A program made the translations under genes and the position numbers. 64,000 nt of DNA from the human T2T-CHM13v2.0 reference genome, Homo sapiens. The number at the start of each line of letters is the position of its first letter. The stretch's first letter is position 1. This document shows, one piece after another, positions 49,115 to 64,000 of the stretch. The notes under the pieces were generated by a model. The model had not been told where the DNA came from. It did no database searches and was given only the letters and a program-made list of their open reading frames with translations. The stretch lies in NCBI RefSeq assembly GCF_009914755.1, contig NC_060934.1. One strand, given 5' to 3'.

Positions 49115-50556
49115 TAATTTGTGATCCCATGTTCAGCGGTCACAGCTGTGCTTATGAAGTCCTTAAGAAAGTTTGATGATTTCTCCATCAGAGATGCATG
49201 AAGTTTATTTTAAATTGGAAAAAAAAAACACATTATGCATCCAAGAATACGTTCCAAGATAAATTGTTTCCAGATATTTTTCAGATATTGTGTACTAAAC
49301 AGGAATTTTTAATAACTGACACTGTTGAACTTCAGAAGCACATTACGGTTAAGACTGAATTTATAGTACAGTGGGCAGAAGGGCCTCAGAATGTGTCCAT
49401 TCCATAATATGGTAATGGAATTACCATTACCATATTCACAGTTACTCTAGTTGCTCCAGCCATCTTCAAGGCTCAGTTAAAGACATATAGACTAAAATCG
49501 TCAATCTTGTGATCTTACAATGTGTGTAAATACCTGAAGCATGCGTGGAAATAAGCCATAATAGGAATAAAGAATTCACATGCAATTTATTTGGTTCATT
49601 TAACACAGATATTGAGATAAGGTGAAAAAGTGACAGAAACCAGCTACATGATCTAAAAGTCATACTTTGTAAGGATTTAAATGAACAGTCCATGAGGTGT
49701 CTCCTGTCATGCCAGGAGGTTATTAGTGCATAGAGAAGCTACACAATGAGGGACCTTACTCCTCCCTGTGGTAAATTTTTACTTAGTCTTCATTAATTTA
49801 ATTTAAACAGAAGTGTAGTTATAAGAAACCTATAAATACTGTAAATTTCCCAGAAGGTAGTTCTGTTCTTTCATAGGTAGATACACACTTACCTGACACT
49901 GTCATGTCAAGAAACATTAAATAATGATCCAATAAAATAACTCAATACAAAATGAATGTTTTAATTACATTAAGTGGTAATTTTAACATATGCTTAATAC
50001 ATCATACTCGGATGGTTTCAGTTTCTTATCAGAATAGGCAAGGAAATAATGTATTTTTGGTAGGTTAGGGTAAGTCTTTATGTGAGATTGTGTTCTTGCT
50101 TCACTGTCTTCTACCCTAATCTTGATACATTAGTCAGTTTCTCTGAGCCTTAGCAAAATAAAGGCCTCATAAGAGTTTTTGTAAGGTTTAAAGAAATGTT
50201 GCTACAGAGAGACCTGAGCATAGTACCTAGCACATAGTGAGTACTCAATAAATGTCAGCTTTTATAATACAACAGATATTCAAGGAATAACGGGGGAAAG
50301 TTTGCTTCAATGTTTTTCACATTAAATAAAACACAGTTAACTTAGAAAAAACAAGAATTCAGTTATTTTTATAGCCATACTAATAGGTAAGAATAATCTG
50401 ATAATTAGAACTTTTTATCTATATATTTTTCTTTTTCATCAACTTGCAAGTAGCTTTATACTGTCTTCAACCATGAGTGATATTAATAATGAGTTAACTT
50501 GTTAGATGTCATTCAGTATACTATGCAGAAAATATTTTTAAAGAATATTTGGGTTA

Positions 50557-50861
<305 letters not shown>

Positions 50862-52579
50862 CTAATCTGCAGCAGTCCTAGAGTAGTCTGTCACCTGAAG
50901 AGAGAATTAGGAAACATCAGATTACATTTTCAGAGGTATTTTTTTTCCGTCAAGCTTCTTAGGTCCTGGAAGATTTTATGTAAATAGTTCTAGACAGATG
51001 GGACTCTTGAGGACTTTATTTTAGAAAATAAGAGAGGTTGACAAACTCACTGTGTAAAATCATTTTCCTTTTTCCTGGATACAATGTGAACAATTTGAAG
51101 TGAAGGACTGGTTAGGATATACTTTATAGTCTTCCATATTAGAATGTTTATTTTAAAAAATTTGATACAATTATAATCATGAATTTTTAATTATTTAAGC
51201 AACTTATGCTCAAAAGGTTCTGGTTGATCAGGAGCCACTGGTTGCAAGTTTTGGCTAATTATTCTTCTGCTAGTCCATCATATCATTACATGTAAATGGG
51301 AGGAAAAAAAATGAATGGTTTTGTACCATTCCCTCCTAGACACGCAAATAGAATATGCTGCTCGTCGGAGACAATGAGCACGTTGTAAATCTCCAGCAAA
51401 AGAGTCGAGTATGATTGTGTTTACATGTGAGAGCTGCTTTAGTGAGCTTTTTGTAGGATTTGCAAGATTTCGCCTGCCAAAGAAAAGTAGCTGATAAGAC
51501 CTGTCTTAAGGAGGCTAGATCTTTCTGCTGCGAGAGTGGCTGGTGGATGGCATGGCCCAGGCCAGGAAACCAGGTACAGACAAAAAAGAGGTAGAGCACT
51601 TCGGGCTCACTGACATCAGATCACAGAACCATTTTATTCTGCAAATGTAGTTAGAGCATTGGCAGACATAGAGCCAGATTAGACTATTCCTCTTGTTATT
51701 AGACTTACCTTAAATTGCGGGTGTTTGCTTTTTTATTTTTTGTAGATCAGAGAGCATACCCCGTGATAATCAGATTTCAGTTTAAAAAATTATCTACAGT
51801 ACTGGAGTTGATTAAAGGAGAATAGAAGTACATTTAAAGAACAGATGTGAATCCACTTTATTTAAGATAAATAAGGAAAATACTCTTACAGATACAAGTT
51901 CATTCCAGGTAGTCAGCACTGCTTGTAACAGAATTCTCTCTCAAAAGCAAACTACTTTGAAAAAGTGAACAAACCACTTTTATTGAATTCCTACTACATA
52001 ATAGGAAATCAGTAAATATCTGTTGATTGGAAGAGTAAATATATTCAAAATCTAATGGCAAGAAACTATTCCACAAGCATGATTTCATGTGTACTCTGCA
52101 TTAGAGTTTAGTTTTTCAAAGTTCAGTTTACTTTGATATGGTTTTTAACAAAGTACTTATGCCAGACGAGACATAGTTGATATAATATTAACAATATATT
52201 CATAAATAATGTTATGGAAGTTCAACTCTAACAATTTTAGCTGTTGTTAGCATCTAATGATATAGATTATTGTATATTTAAAGTGTGCTTCTAGATTATA
52301 AAGCTTGGCTTGTACAAGGAAGTGGAAATGGTTATTTATGGCTGAGGCACATGTGGCCATGATTCCCTAAGAGATTCCTTCCAACAGTCATAGGCCCAGG
52401 ATTTCTGGAGCGCTATAATTACAGGCCAGGGATGAAAACTGTGATATCATATATACTTATAGCAGGAAAAAATCTTTAACAGAAAACTGAAAAGCATAAA
52501 TACGTGTGTTTATAGTACCATATCGCAACTTGTACTCTACCGTAGAAAATGTCTGTTACTCATGCATCCATACAGTTTC

Positions 52580-52810
52580 CTACCTCATTTGTGATGTTCC
52601 CTCTGCCTGGAATCTCTCCACTCACATTGTCTGCTGTCTAAATCTTATCTTCCAAGACCAAGGCCGAATAAAATGTTCTGACCACTCACAACCAAATGTT
52701 AACTGTTCCTTTCCATAGCACCCTAGAGTACCTTTACCACCTGCTGCATTGCATTATAATTATTCCTTAGTTCTTTCTGACAAAATTGTAAGTCCCTCAA
52801 AGGCAGAGGC
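52580..52810. mobile_element. L2 3' fragment
   Basis: tgttccctctgcctggaat...tgtaagtccctcaaaggcag. Confidence 0.6.
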
Positions 52811-53670
52811 AGTGTAGGAAGTGCCATCCTAATAATCAGAAGACCCGAGAGATTCCAACCACTAATAGTTTACCTTAACACCTGTGGGCAGCATCTCTTG
52901 CCGCTGTCAAATGAGGCAATGAAACGCAAGATCACGTAGACCCCATTCACTTTTCCATTCTTCTTAGTGCCTTCCCCTGGTACACAGTAAACATCTGTTG
53001 AACACAACATTTGGGATGGATACAAATTTAAACCGAGAAAGAGACCAATGCCCAGGAAAAAGTGTTCTTTCCAACAGAAGCAAATGTAGTTGTCCTGCTC
53101 TAGTTTTAGATATGTATCGCACTTATGTTCACAGCTAAGTACACTGTGGCTAAATAATCAGTGGCTCTGTGTGTTCATCTGGTTTCTCTAATGAGTAGAG
53201 GCATGATACAAATATGACTTACTGGATAATATTTTTAGATCTTCCCATTTTATATGAATATATGTATGTATCTTATGAAAATTTTTGGGCATTTTCAAGT
53301 GATTCTTTAGTGCTAACGGCAAATAGCTAGATGGGTTATATTAGTTTACAGTATTCAGAACAACAAATAACTTTAAAAGGACTTATGAAGAATACAGATA
53401 TGAACTAGGACAAGCTAAGCTGATTGAATTGTGAACAATTGGGAGGCATTTGTGAATCCAGTTCTGAGAACTTTTGTCGACTGTGAAAGACAAAACAAAT
53501 CTCATTTATTTTCCGCTTGGTAACAGTTTATTTATTCAAGCCATGACGAAGCCTAAGTGATTGTGGTTTTCGCAATTAAAAGTAACGGCAGAACCCACAA
53601 TTGCTTTTGCACCAAGCTAACAGACGAGAACTGCCACAGGTCGCACTTTATGGCAGGCAGGGTCCACTGA

Positions 53671-54066
<396 letters not shown>

Positions 54067-54361
54067 TAAAGTGCTCTGCAAAACTAAACCAAAAGCAGTT
54101 CAAATGAATACATAGATGTAACAATCAATGACCTTGACCCTGCCAGTACCAAGAGAGTTAAGTACAAGTGCTCCTCTCTGAAGGTGCGCTGGCTCTTTCA
54201 AGCCTACAGTTACCAGAACAGTAAATTAAGTCAGTGGTAACTGAGTGGATGGAAGGATGCAAAAGGTAGAAATGTATTCACTTCTCACCTGTGGGTCCAC
54301 TATGAGTGTTTTCAGCAGAGAAGTATTTTCTAGTGTCTGGAATAATATATTACTTTTATAA

Positions 54362-54589
<228 letters not shown>

Positions 54590-55308
54590 TGAAACCAGTC
54601 TTCTGACTTCCCTGTCATTATCTGTTACCCTGGAATAGCGTACATGCTCCAAGTCTCCATCTTAATTAAGCAGCCGCTGACCAAAGCTTGGCTAAGTAGG
54701 AAGGGCACATTGCTATTAATACATTTCCTGGGAGCTCTGATATTTTTCCTAAGTATGATTAAAAACAACACATTTATCCAGTATATCAGTTGTGCCAACA
54801 TTTAAAAACTTGAAGGAGACTGTGGTTGAGCTCAGCCGTTTTAAGTGATATAAGCCCTGCATGTTTTAAAACTGTAAATCTGGGCACATTTCAAACACAT
54901 ATTCAGTGAGAAGTGGTTTAGGATTTGAGGAAATGTGTTAATGAATCTAGTCCAATGAAGTAATTATAAGTTGACAATAATTTTTATATTCTATAAATTT
55001 CTGTGTTTAGTTTATTTTAAAAACAAAACTTATAGTATTGATAAGTAAAATTATAAATGAAGCTTATGTTTATAATTATTGTAGCTGTTAATTGCATGTT
55101 CTTTTCATTCACTAATTGGGGGAGATTTGTTTATTTTTAAATTGTGGCAAAATATACGTGACATCTACCACCCTAACCACATTTTTCAACAGCAGTTTAT
55201 TCTATGGCTATTATGTATATCACTGAATTTTTATCCGAATGGGGTAGTTCTTGAACTGGTGAATTATGTGGCTTCGTTTGGCGTCTAAACTCTTGTCTCA
55301 CCTTTTAG

Positions 55309-55800
<492 letters not shown>

Positions 55801-55821
55801 TAAGTTTCTGTTCCAGTGTAG

Positions 55822-56082
<261 letters not shown>

Positions 56083-56928
56083 ACCCTTATTTCTGAAAAT
56101 GTACCACAGGTATGATGCCCGTTAATTCAGAAGGTAGCTGTGGCACATGCAGAAGATGTTTCTGAAATAAGATCAAATGTGAAATGGTCAGCTTTAGTTT
56201 TAAAAATTTTATTAAAAGTCCTATGATCTCTCAACCCCAGATCCCATATTACTGTGTACTGCTCAGGATTATTTTGTTAAATTGAGATTATAATACCTTA
56301 GTACATATTTATTACAATTAACTTATATAATTTCTCCATCTATGCATATATTTTATTTGGGCAAAGTGGCTGGCCCTGACTTTTACCTGGTGATTTCAGA
56401 TGGGTAACATCCAAATGGTGAAATTATAAATGTAATTATCACAATAAATAGTTTCAGATTTCCCTGCACTTAACATTTATACATTAGATTTTGTTAAAGA
56501 AATCAGTTACTTTTACTTTATAGTAGTGACATCTCATTGGTCTCTAACTACCCTCCCTCATACCTGACTAGTGTCATTTGTCATCGTGTCCTGCTCGCCA
56601 GTCTCATCCTCCCCACTAGAGTGGGAGCTTCTGAGTGCACAGGGTCCAAGTGCTCGTCCTACAGCCGCCACAGTGCTCAGTGAATTAGGGAAAAGTTTTG
56701 CTCCCGAAAGCTCATAACTTGGTTTCAGTTTTAATAAATGACTATATAAAGTTTTGTGATAAACTAATTCTTCATTTTATCAAGCCTATATTATATAAAT
56801 ACACATAAGCTTTTCATGAAAGAAATATTTTTAAATCTGTGACAAAGATTTGGCAAGAAGGAAAATGGAAACTTCGAATAGATGAAGATAACTTGGTAGG
56901 AAGAGCTGGTGAATAACAAAATAAATAT

Positions 56929-57262
56929 TGTTAACAAAAGACCAGGAGATCTGTGGAGGGAAAAAGAGAACTTTATTTTCTGTTAAAAAAACAACCTGCA
57001 CATTGGGTGTTATAGCCTTCAGTACAAGTGAAAGCGTGCTCTCCGAATAACTTTTCCATGTTCTTCTTTAAGAAATTTCACTGCTGCTCGTAAGGTTTTG
57101 AGGAGCTGACAAGCTCTGACTGGTGAGGGATGGCAGTCGGCAAAACTAGTCTGAGAGCTGCAGCCAACATTTTGTGTTCCAGGTGCTTCTCCCCCCAGCT
57201 TCTCAACTCAGTTTTAGTTGGGTATGACAAGAATGACTGAATTTGTGTGATCAACTCTCACA
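56929..57262 (-). mobile_element. Solo LTR, probably ERV1 class (family not assigned)
   Basis: TG...CA termini, 4-bp direct repeat ATAT at 56925-56928 and 57263-57266, minus-strand AATAAA (tttatt 56972-56977). Confidence 0.6.
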
Positions 57263-57321
57263 ATATCATTAGATGGGAATTAAGGTGTGCTGAAGATAAC
57301 AGAAGCACAACACCCAAAGAC

Positions 57322-57475
57322 GCCAGGTGCAGTGGCTCATGCCCGTAGTCCCAGTGCTTTGGGAGGCCAAGGTGGAAGGATTGGTTGAGCCCAGGAGTGC
57401 AAGGTTGCAGAGAGGTGTCATTGCACCACTGCACTCCAGCCTGGGCGATGGAGCAAGACCCTGTCTCTTAAAAAA
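57322..57475 (+). mobile_element. Alu monomer (FRAM/FAM-like)
   Basis: Single arm ending gcaagaccctgtctc. Confidence 0.85.
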
Positions 57476-57728
57476 TTCTTATGAGTAGAAATCTCTTAAG
57501 TTTACTAAAGAATCAAGAAAATGGGAAGAAGAGGCTATAATTATAATACTGTCTTTTGTAGCACTTTACCATTTGTGAAACAGCTAAAGTGGGTATTTTT
57601 GTACTCTTCTTTAAGATGAAGAATTTGAGGCTTATGAGATTAAATAGAATGATTAAAAACCTAGTTGGCAGAGCTGAGCTTTTTGTGCTCATCACATTCT
57701 AGTAAAAGGGTTAGAATTCTTTCTTCTC

Positions 57729-57998
57729 GGCCAGGCTCGGTGCTCACACCTGTAATTCCAGCACTTGGGAAGGCCGAGGTGGGCAGATCACTTGAGACCA
57801 GCCTGGGCAACATGGTGAAACCCCATCTCTACAAAAAATACAAAAATTAGCCGGGCGTGGTGGTGTGTGCCTGAAACCCCAGCTACTTGAGAGGCTCAGG
57901 CAGAAGAATCTCTTGAACCCAGGAGGCAGAGATCAAAATGAGCTGAGATTGTGCCACTGCACTCCAGCCTGGGCGACAGAGCGAGACTCACTCTCAAA
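57729..57998 (+). mobile_element. Alu with TSD-like agaattcttt(t)cttc
   Basis: Alu consensus with short internal deletion. Confidence 0.92.
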
Positions 57999-58669
57999 GA
58001 ATCAAGAATTCTTTCTTCCCAATTACATCTTACATTGTTGTAAGAAATAGAGTAGTATTATAGGACAGAAAGCATGTAGGTATGCCAGATGCCGAATAAT
58101 GGATGTCACGAGAAACACAGATAGATGTATCCATTAAATATATCCCCAGAAAGGGAGAAATTGAAAACGAAATAATAGGGTATTTGGGAGAAGGGATGGT
58201 GGTGCTGTGTAAAGTCTGAAAGATGAGGAAACTAAGAAGTTAAATAACTTGAAGCCACATGACCAGTGGGTGGCACAGACCCCAGATGTGAATCCCGACA
58301 CGCCTCATCCAAGCCGTTTCCAAAACTGACTCTGCACCTAATGGGGATTTTTCTGAAGGTGCACTTGCTGACATAATGGATAATAATGCACACAATACAC
58401 AGGAAGGAAATTAGAATGTTTAGGTATCAAATGTAGGCTAGTCTCCCTGGGTTCTTCCTCCAGGGCTCTCAACAGCCGTCAGATCTGCATGTGTCTATCT
58501 ACAGAACTTTCATATTTATACTGACCTGTTGTCAAGTGTTTGTTTACATCCAGAAGGTCTCTCATCTTCCTTGCCTCACTGTGGGTGTCTGTTCATGGTA
58601 CTACTGTTAGTTCACCAACCCAGCTTGGAACTTTAGCTTTACTTTTTTCACTCTTCTCTTCTCCCATGA

Positions 58670-58830
58670 CCAAAGAGTTCAACCATGGTATATGGACCCT
58701 TGCACTAGAACATTCTTTGGGGGAGGTGTACATGGTGGGATGTTTAACAGCATCCCAGGCCTCTGTCTGCCAGTAGTACCTTCTGCCCTTAAGTTGTGAC
58801 AGTCAAAAATATCTCCAGACATTGCCAAAT
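58670..58830. mobile_element. MER20-like DNA transposon
   Basis: gatgtttaacagcatcccaggcctc...gttgtgacagtcaaaaatatctccagacattgccaaat. Confidence 0.8.
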
Positions 58831-59029
58831 AAGATGAAGACTGAGACTTGGCCACTAGATTTGAAGTTGTAAGTGACCCTGCTAGCAGCATATTAGTGGC
58901 ATGGTATGAGTAAAGACTGCAGCGTATGTTAACGACGAGAGAAGAATTTGAAATAGGGAGTTTAGGCAAGTCTTTCAAGGAGCTTGTGGGGAGCAGAGAA
59001 ATGCAAGTGGTAGCTGGAAAGGGATGTGA

Positions 59030-59443
<414 letters not shown>

Positions 59444-61610
59444 AGCTGGCCCTTCCCGGAGTCACCCCGATGATTACTCTTTTCAGACACAGCGGTTTTT
59501 GTTTCCAAGAAGCCAAAATTGTTTAGAATTTGCTTCCCATTTTGCACCAGCCTTTAAACACTTTTCGTGAAGAAATTTTGCACAGTAGTTTAAATCTTTT
59601 GTTAATGCTCCTCCGAAGTTTTTCAGGGGGTAAAAGTAACATCAGTGGAGGGTATTATTTTAAATAAATTTTAATTGAGAATTTGTTGCATTTTCAGCAA
59701 ATTTTAAAACATTTTTAGGTTTTACAGAGATTTTAACCTTTAAACAACAGATCTTTAAAAAACAGGTGAATACAAGTGAGTTTAACAAAGAAACATTTAG
59801 AATAGATCTGAATGTAAGAACTACAGAACTGTTTCAGAAATAAAACATACTACCTTGATGTGACATTTTTTTCTTAACCTTGTTGAGCTGGTTTTGTTCA
59901 GCTTAATTTACTGTTCAAAGGCATTATCTGTTGGTCACACCAGTGGGTATATGATTGAATTTAGGGAACAGGGTTGACACAGCAGGGCTAGTCCTGCATA
60001 TTTTTTCTTAAATATTTCCCAATTGTGTTTTTCATTATTTCTTTTCAATATATAACTTTTATAACAAATTATTAGCTTTGATCTTGTAGTTTAAAATTGC
60101 AGGGAACTGGGGTAATCTTTTACTGAGCTGGATCTTAGAGAAAATGAATATTTAAATTTTAAAGTTTGCACATTTCATCTTTGTCCTAACATGAGTGCTT
60201 GTAACAAAATAAACAACAAAAACAAAGCCAAAAACTACCTTTATCCATATGTGAAATTATAGATGAGGCATACGAATTTGTTTAATGCTTCCCTTCCCTT
60301 CCCACATATCATCTCACTGCCTATTATCTGGTGTCACCTCATGTATCGTAAGTTAATACTAAAAGAAGAGAAAGCACTTAAGTTTCACAGAAGCCGTTAT
60401 GTTTGTAGTAATGGGTCATTGCCTACTAATGAACTCCATCACTGTACACAGAATGAAGAATAATGCATGTTAATTTTCTTGTATTAAAGATGCCGTGATT
60501 TGTAAAAAGTCTGTATTTTGCGGAATGTCTGGATTAAGAAGCATTACCAATAGGAATGGATCGATAGTTGAATAATGATTTTTTATACATAGATATATAA
60601 AATACAGCCAGGAAAACTTAAATTACTTTTCTTTTAAAATATCTCACAATTTATGTGGTATTTTTAAAGACTGATCTTAGACCAAGTCAAATTCCCATTT
60701 ATCATTTAGTTATTTTTTGAGGTTAGAGAATAATTTGTACATATTTATTTAGACCTTTGATATTTATTAAAGCAATTACTCACAATGGAAGTGAAAGAAT
60801 CAGGAGAAAAGCCTTTTAAAAAGTATTCTCCAGGTTTGTCAGGGTCACTCTAAAGATAAAAATGTAACTAAGTCTTCTGTGAAATATCATCCATCTAATC
60901 TTGATGCTGTTGCAGATGGTGGTGACACAAGTTAATTGACAAACTACTGCCAAATGGTGCACAATATTTTGTAAAAAGTACCCAGTAGCCCCATTTCATA
61001 CAATGTACCTAAATTATGCAGTAACTTGGCATCATCGTTCCCTCCTTGTTGCTGTGTAATTAGTCAGTGTTGCCACAGTGTGTGGCGCTGATGGAGATGT
61101 CAGAACCGAGAACACTTAACCTTCTTTGATTGTTTTTCAAGTTTTAAGACTTCGATCCACCCCTATGAGAGCAAGTAATTGTGGAAATATTTTTGGTGTA
61201 AAATCATTCCAGAGTATGTAATATTTAACTGATAGCTGCATGAAAGTGAGATTCGTGTTACTTTGGCTTTTCTGTCTCTGTTGACACGGTTGCACATTTC
61301 CAAGTTACTACAGCGTGAAAACTGTGTGTTTAAAAAAAAACAAAATTAAAAAAAGAGATTGTGGCCTGGTTTTGTAAAAGTTTTAGGTAAAATTACAATT
61401 GATTGTTTTAGGAATCATTATTAAAAATTTTCTGCAAATCATAAAGCTATATCGAGGTGTTGAGCTTAGCCACTATGCACATTGTAATTATTCATTGTGG
61501 CTGTCCAGTTCTATGATGCATTCTGGCATTTTGTAAGCTGCTCTGACTAGCAATATATAGATTCATTTAATGTGTTAACATTGGTTAATAAATGTATTTA
61601 AAAAAAACTA
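59444..61610 (+). other. ZMYND11: ZMYND11 3'UTR (~2.2 kb, AU-rich, no recognisable interspersed repeats)
   Basis: Follows stop codon; ends after AATAAA at 61587-61592 with downstream T/GT-rich sequence; further AATAAA at 59663, 59839 and 60208. Confidence 0.85.
61587..61592 (+). terminator. Distal polyadenylation signal AATAAA
   Basis: AATAAA, A-run at ~61600-61607, then tttgtttattt/gtgt downstream element. Confidence 0.8.
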
Positions 61611-62235
61611 GCTTTAGTAATTTGTTTATTTAGTGTAGTCCCCTATACCCAACCAAATACTACCGTCGCTAAATGTTGATCACATACTGTGGGTCACTCT
61701 TTAGTGACTGCTTAACTTTATATAAAATCAGTGTGTTAAACATCATTTGTTCACTTAAACGTATAAATTGAATTTACTTTCACCAGATCTCAAAAAGACC
61801 ATACATGATATAATAAGGAGAGGATGATTATTATATCAGCTGCATATCAATTATTGCAAATCAGCCTGAAAAACAGATACACAACTCAGAATGGAATAGA
61901 TTCTTAATTGGAGGCCAGCTGAGGCTAACCCTCTGCTGTTTTCATCTACTTCTTGGTATGGTAGTTGTGGGTAGTTGACCAGCCCCAGGTCTTAGTGCCA
62001 ACATTAACCCAGCCTTAGTCGGTACTCTGGTTTTCATCATTCATGCCATCATTCATCATTCATGTGATAGACGTATCACAACTGGGATCAGATGGTTTAG
62101 GTCTGAATATTAAAGTCCCAGTTCCTGTAGGATTGTAAAGTTTCCAACAGTAGTAGTAGTATCATTCTATTCACCCTCATTTTGTCTTTGTTCTTCTAGA
62201 TATATTTTCCTAAGCAACAGGCTTACTGGTCCTCA

Positions 62236-62559
<324 letters not shown>

Positions 62560-63309
62560 TTATTTTATGAAATGCCAACTCTGATTCTAGACCTTAATTA
62601 TTAGAATTGTGTTCTAAAAGTCTTTTCAATAAAAAAATTCCAACTGACAAATATGAAACCCATATCTATAATACATGAGTATCACTAAAAATTTCAGTCA
62701 TTGATGACAGCAAAGTGAAAGAAGGCCTCTAGGAGGGTGTATGGAGTGAGTGAAGTGACAAGGTTGCTTCTGTAATTGGGGGCGACCAAATTGAAGTAGT
62801 GAAGCAAGTGGCTTAGAGAATAAAAAGCATTTTGCCACATTCCAATATTAAAAGAAAATAAAACTAGAAATAGGATACTTGTGTGAAAGTGATCTTTTCA
62901 TAAACAAGAAGGAAAAGTGTGCAACTGGAGGAAAGTAATAGCTTTGGTCGGGCTACTCAAGACAAGATAGGTGTAAACAGGGAAGTTTAAAAAGATGTAA
63001 TAACTTGCTCAGATTTACCCAGTAGGTCAGTCTCAAGCTCAGTTCTGTTTGATTGTAAAACCCATTTTCTTAACTCTTACGCTAGGCTGAATATATGGAT
63101 AGAAAATTATTTGACAAACATTTGAAATTGAAGTCATCAAGTTCAATACATCTGGAATCAAACCCATCACCTTCCCCTGCCTCACTCCACTTCTCCAGCC
63201 AGCTCACTGGATGCCCATCTCGGTTCAGGGCAGTCTCACAGTCCTGGTCACCCAGACTAGACCATGATGTACCAAGTGGCCTCGCCCTGTTCTTTGCCTT
63301 CAGTCTCTA

Positions 63310-63840
63310 ATTCAGTAGTTCCCAAACTTGTGACATCAGGATCACTGGAGGGCTTATTAAAGCACCACTAGGCTCCACCTCCAGCATGTGCATTGCTCCC
63401 AAGTTCCTAAGTGTTGCTGACGGGAACATCCTTTGAGAACACTGCTTTACTGACATGGGGGGGCGGGAAAAAAAAAAAAGCAATGGACCCTTTCCTGAAA
63501 AGTGCACACACACATGCATGCACAGGTAATGCTGCATAAAATTCTGTGGATTCCTAAGGCCTAGAATTATGTTGACCCTCACGTTAAGAATCCTTAATCC
63601 AGTAGGACTGGAGCAGCAAAAATGTGGGGAGGGATACAAGTGGAGGCCTGTTACTGTAATTTAAGTAAGCCAGAGCCTCTCAAACATTCGTGAGCACACA
63701 GATCGCCTGAGGACCTGGTAAAGATGCAGAATCTGATTTAGTGGGTCTGGCATGGGTGCGGCCGGTAAATCTGCCGGTTCTAATGAGCCTCCAGGTGGTA
63801 TTGATTCTTCTGGCCAGGGACAGTACGTGAGAGGCCGGGT
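63310..63840. mobile_element. Cluster of MER5-like DNA transposon fragments
   Basis: cagtagttcccaaactt...ggatcactggagggcttattaaagca; ggtaaagatgcagaatctgatttagtgggtctgg. Confidence 0.7.
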
Positions 63841-64000
63841 GCTCAGGAGTGTGTAAATTCATGAGATGAAGTACTACTGCACTAAATTGTAAACTCCATA
63901 AAGCAATACTATTAAATAAAAATATACGAGGCATGCATGTAACTTCAGATTTTCTAGTAGCCATTTGAAAAGTCAGAAGTAGGTGACATTAATAATGCAT

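Overview
Primate (almost certainly human) genomic DNA covering the 3' part of ZMYND11 (BS69; H3.3K36me3 reader with winged-helix, PHD, bromo, PWWP, coiled-coil and MYND domains) on the + strand. The window opens inside a long early intron, so the start codon lies upstream of it. It contains 13 canonical coding exons (16851-59443), numbered 3-15 from my recollection of the usual gene model. They splice in frame with GT-AG boundaries and are followed by a ~2.2 kb 3'UTR ending near 61610. The rest is intron with about 20 Alu elements or monomers, a 5'-inverted L1PA, old L1M/L2/MIR fragments, MER DNA transposons, a solo LTR and tandem repeats. I found no prokaryotic-type or wholly new system. The most interesting signals are isoform-control elements: a 95-nt cassette exon that stops the main frame and opens an in-frame hydrophobic alternative N-terminus; a 45-nt in-frame cassette exon and a GACTGG look-alike acceptor before the PHD exon; a 78-bp VNTR carrying repeated CACGTG-N6-CACGTG E-box pairs; a ~140-nt fold-back in intron 4; alternating-orientation Alus around exons 6-10; and a MYND-less intronic read-through. 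Repeat family names come from recognising consensus motifs by eye, and repeat boundaries are approximate.
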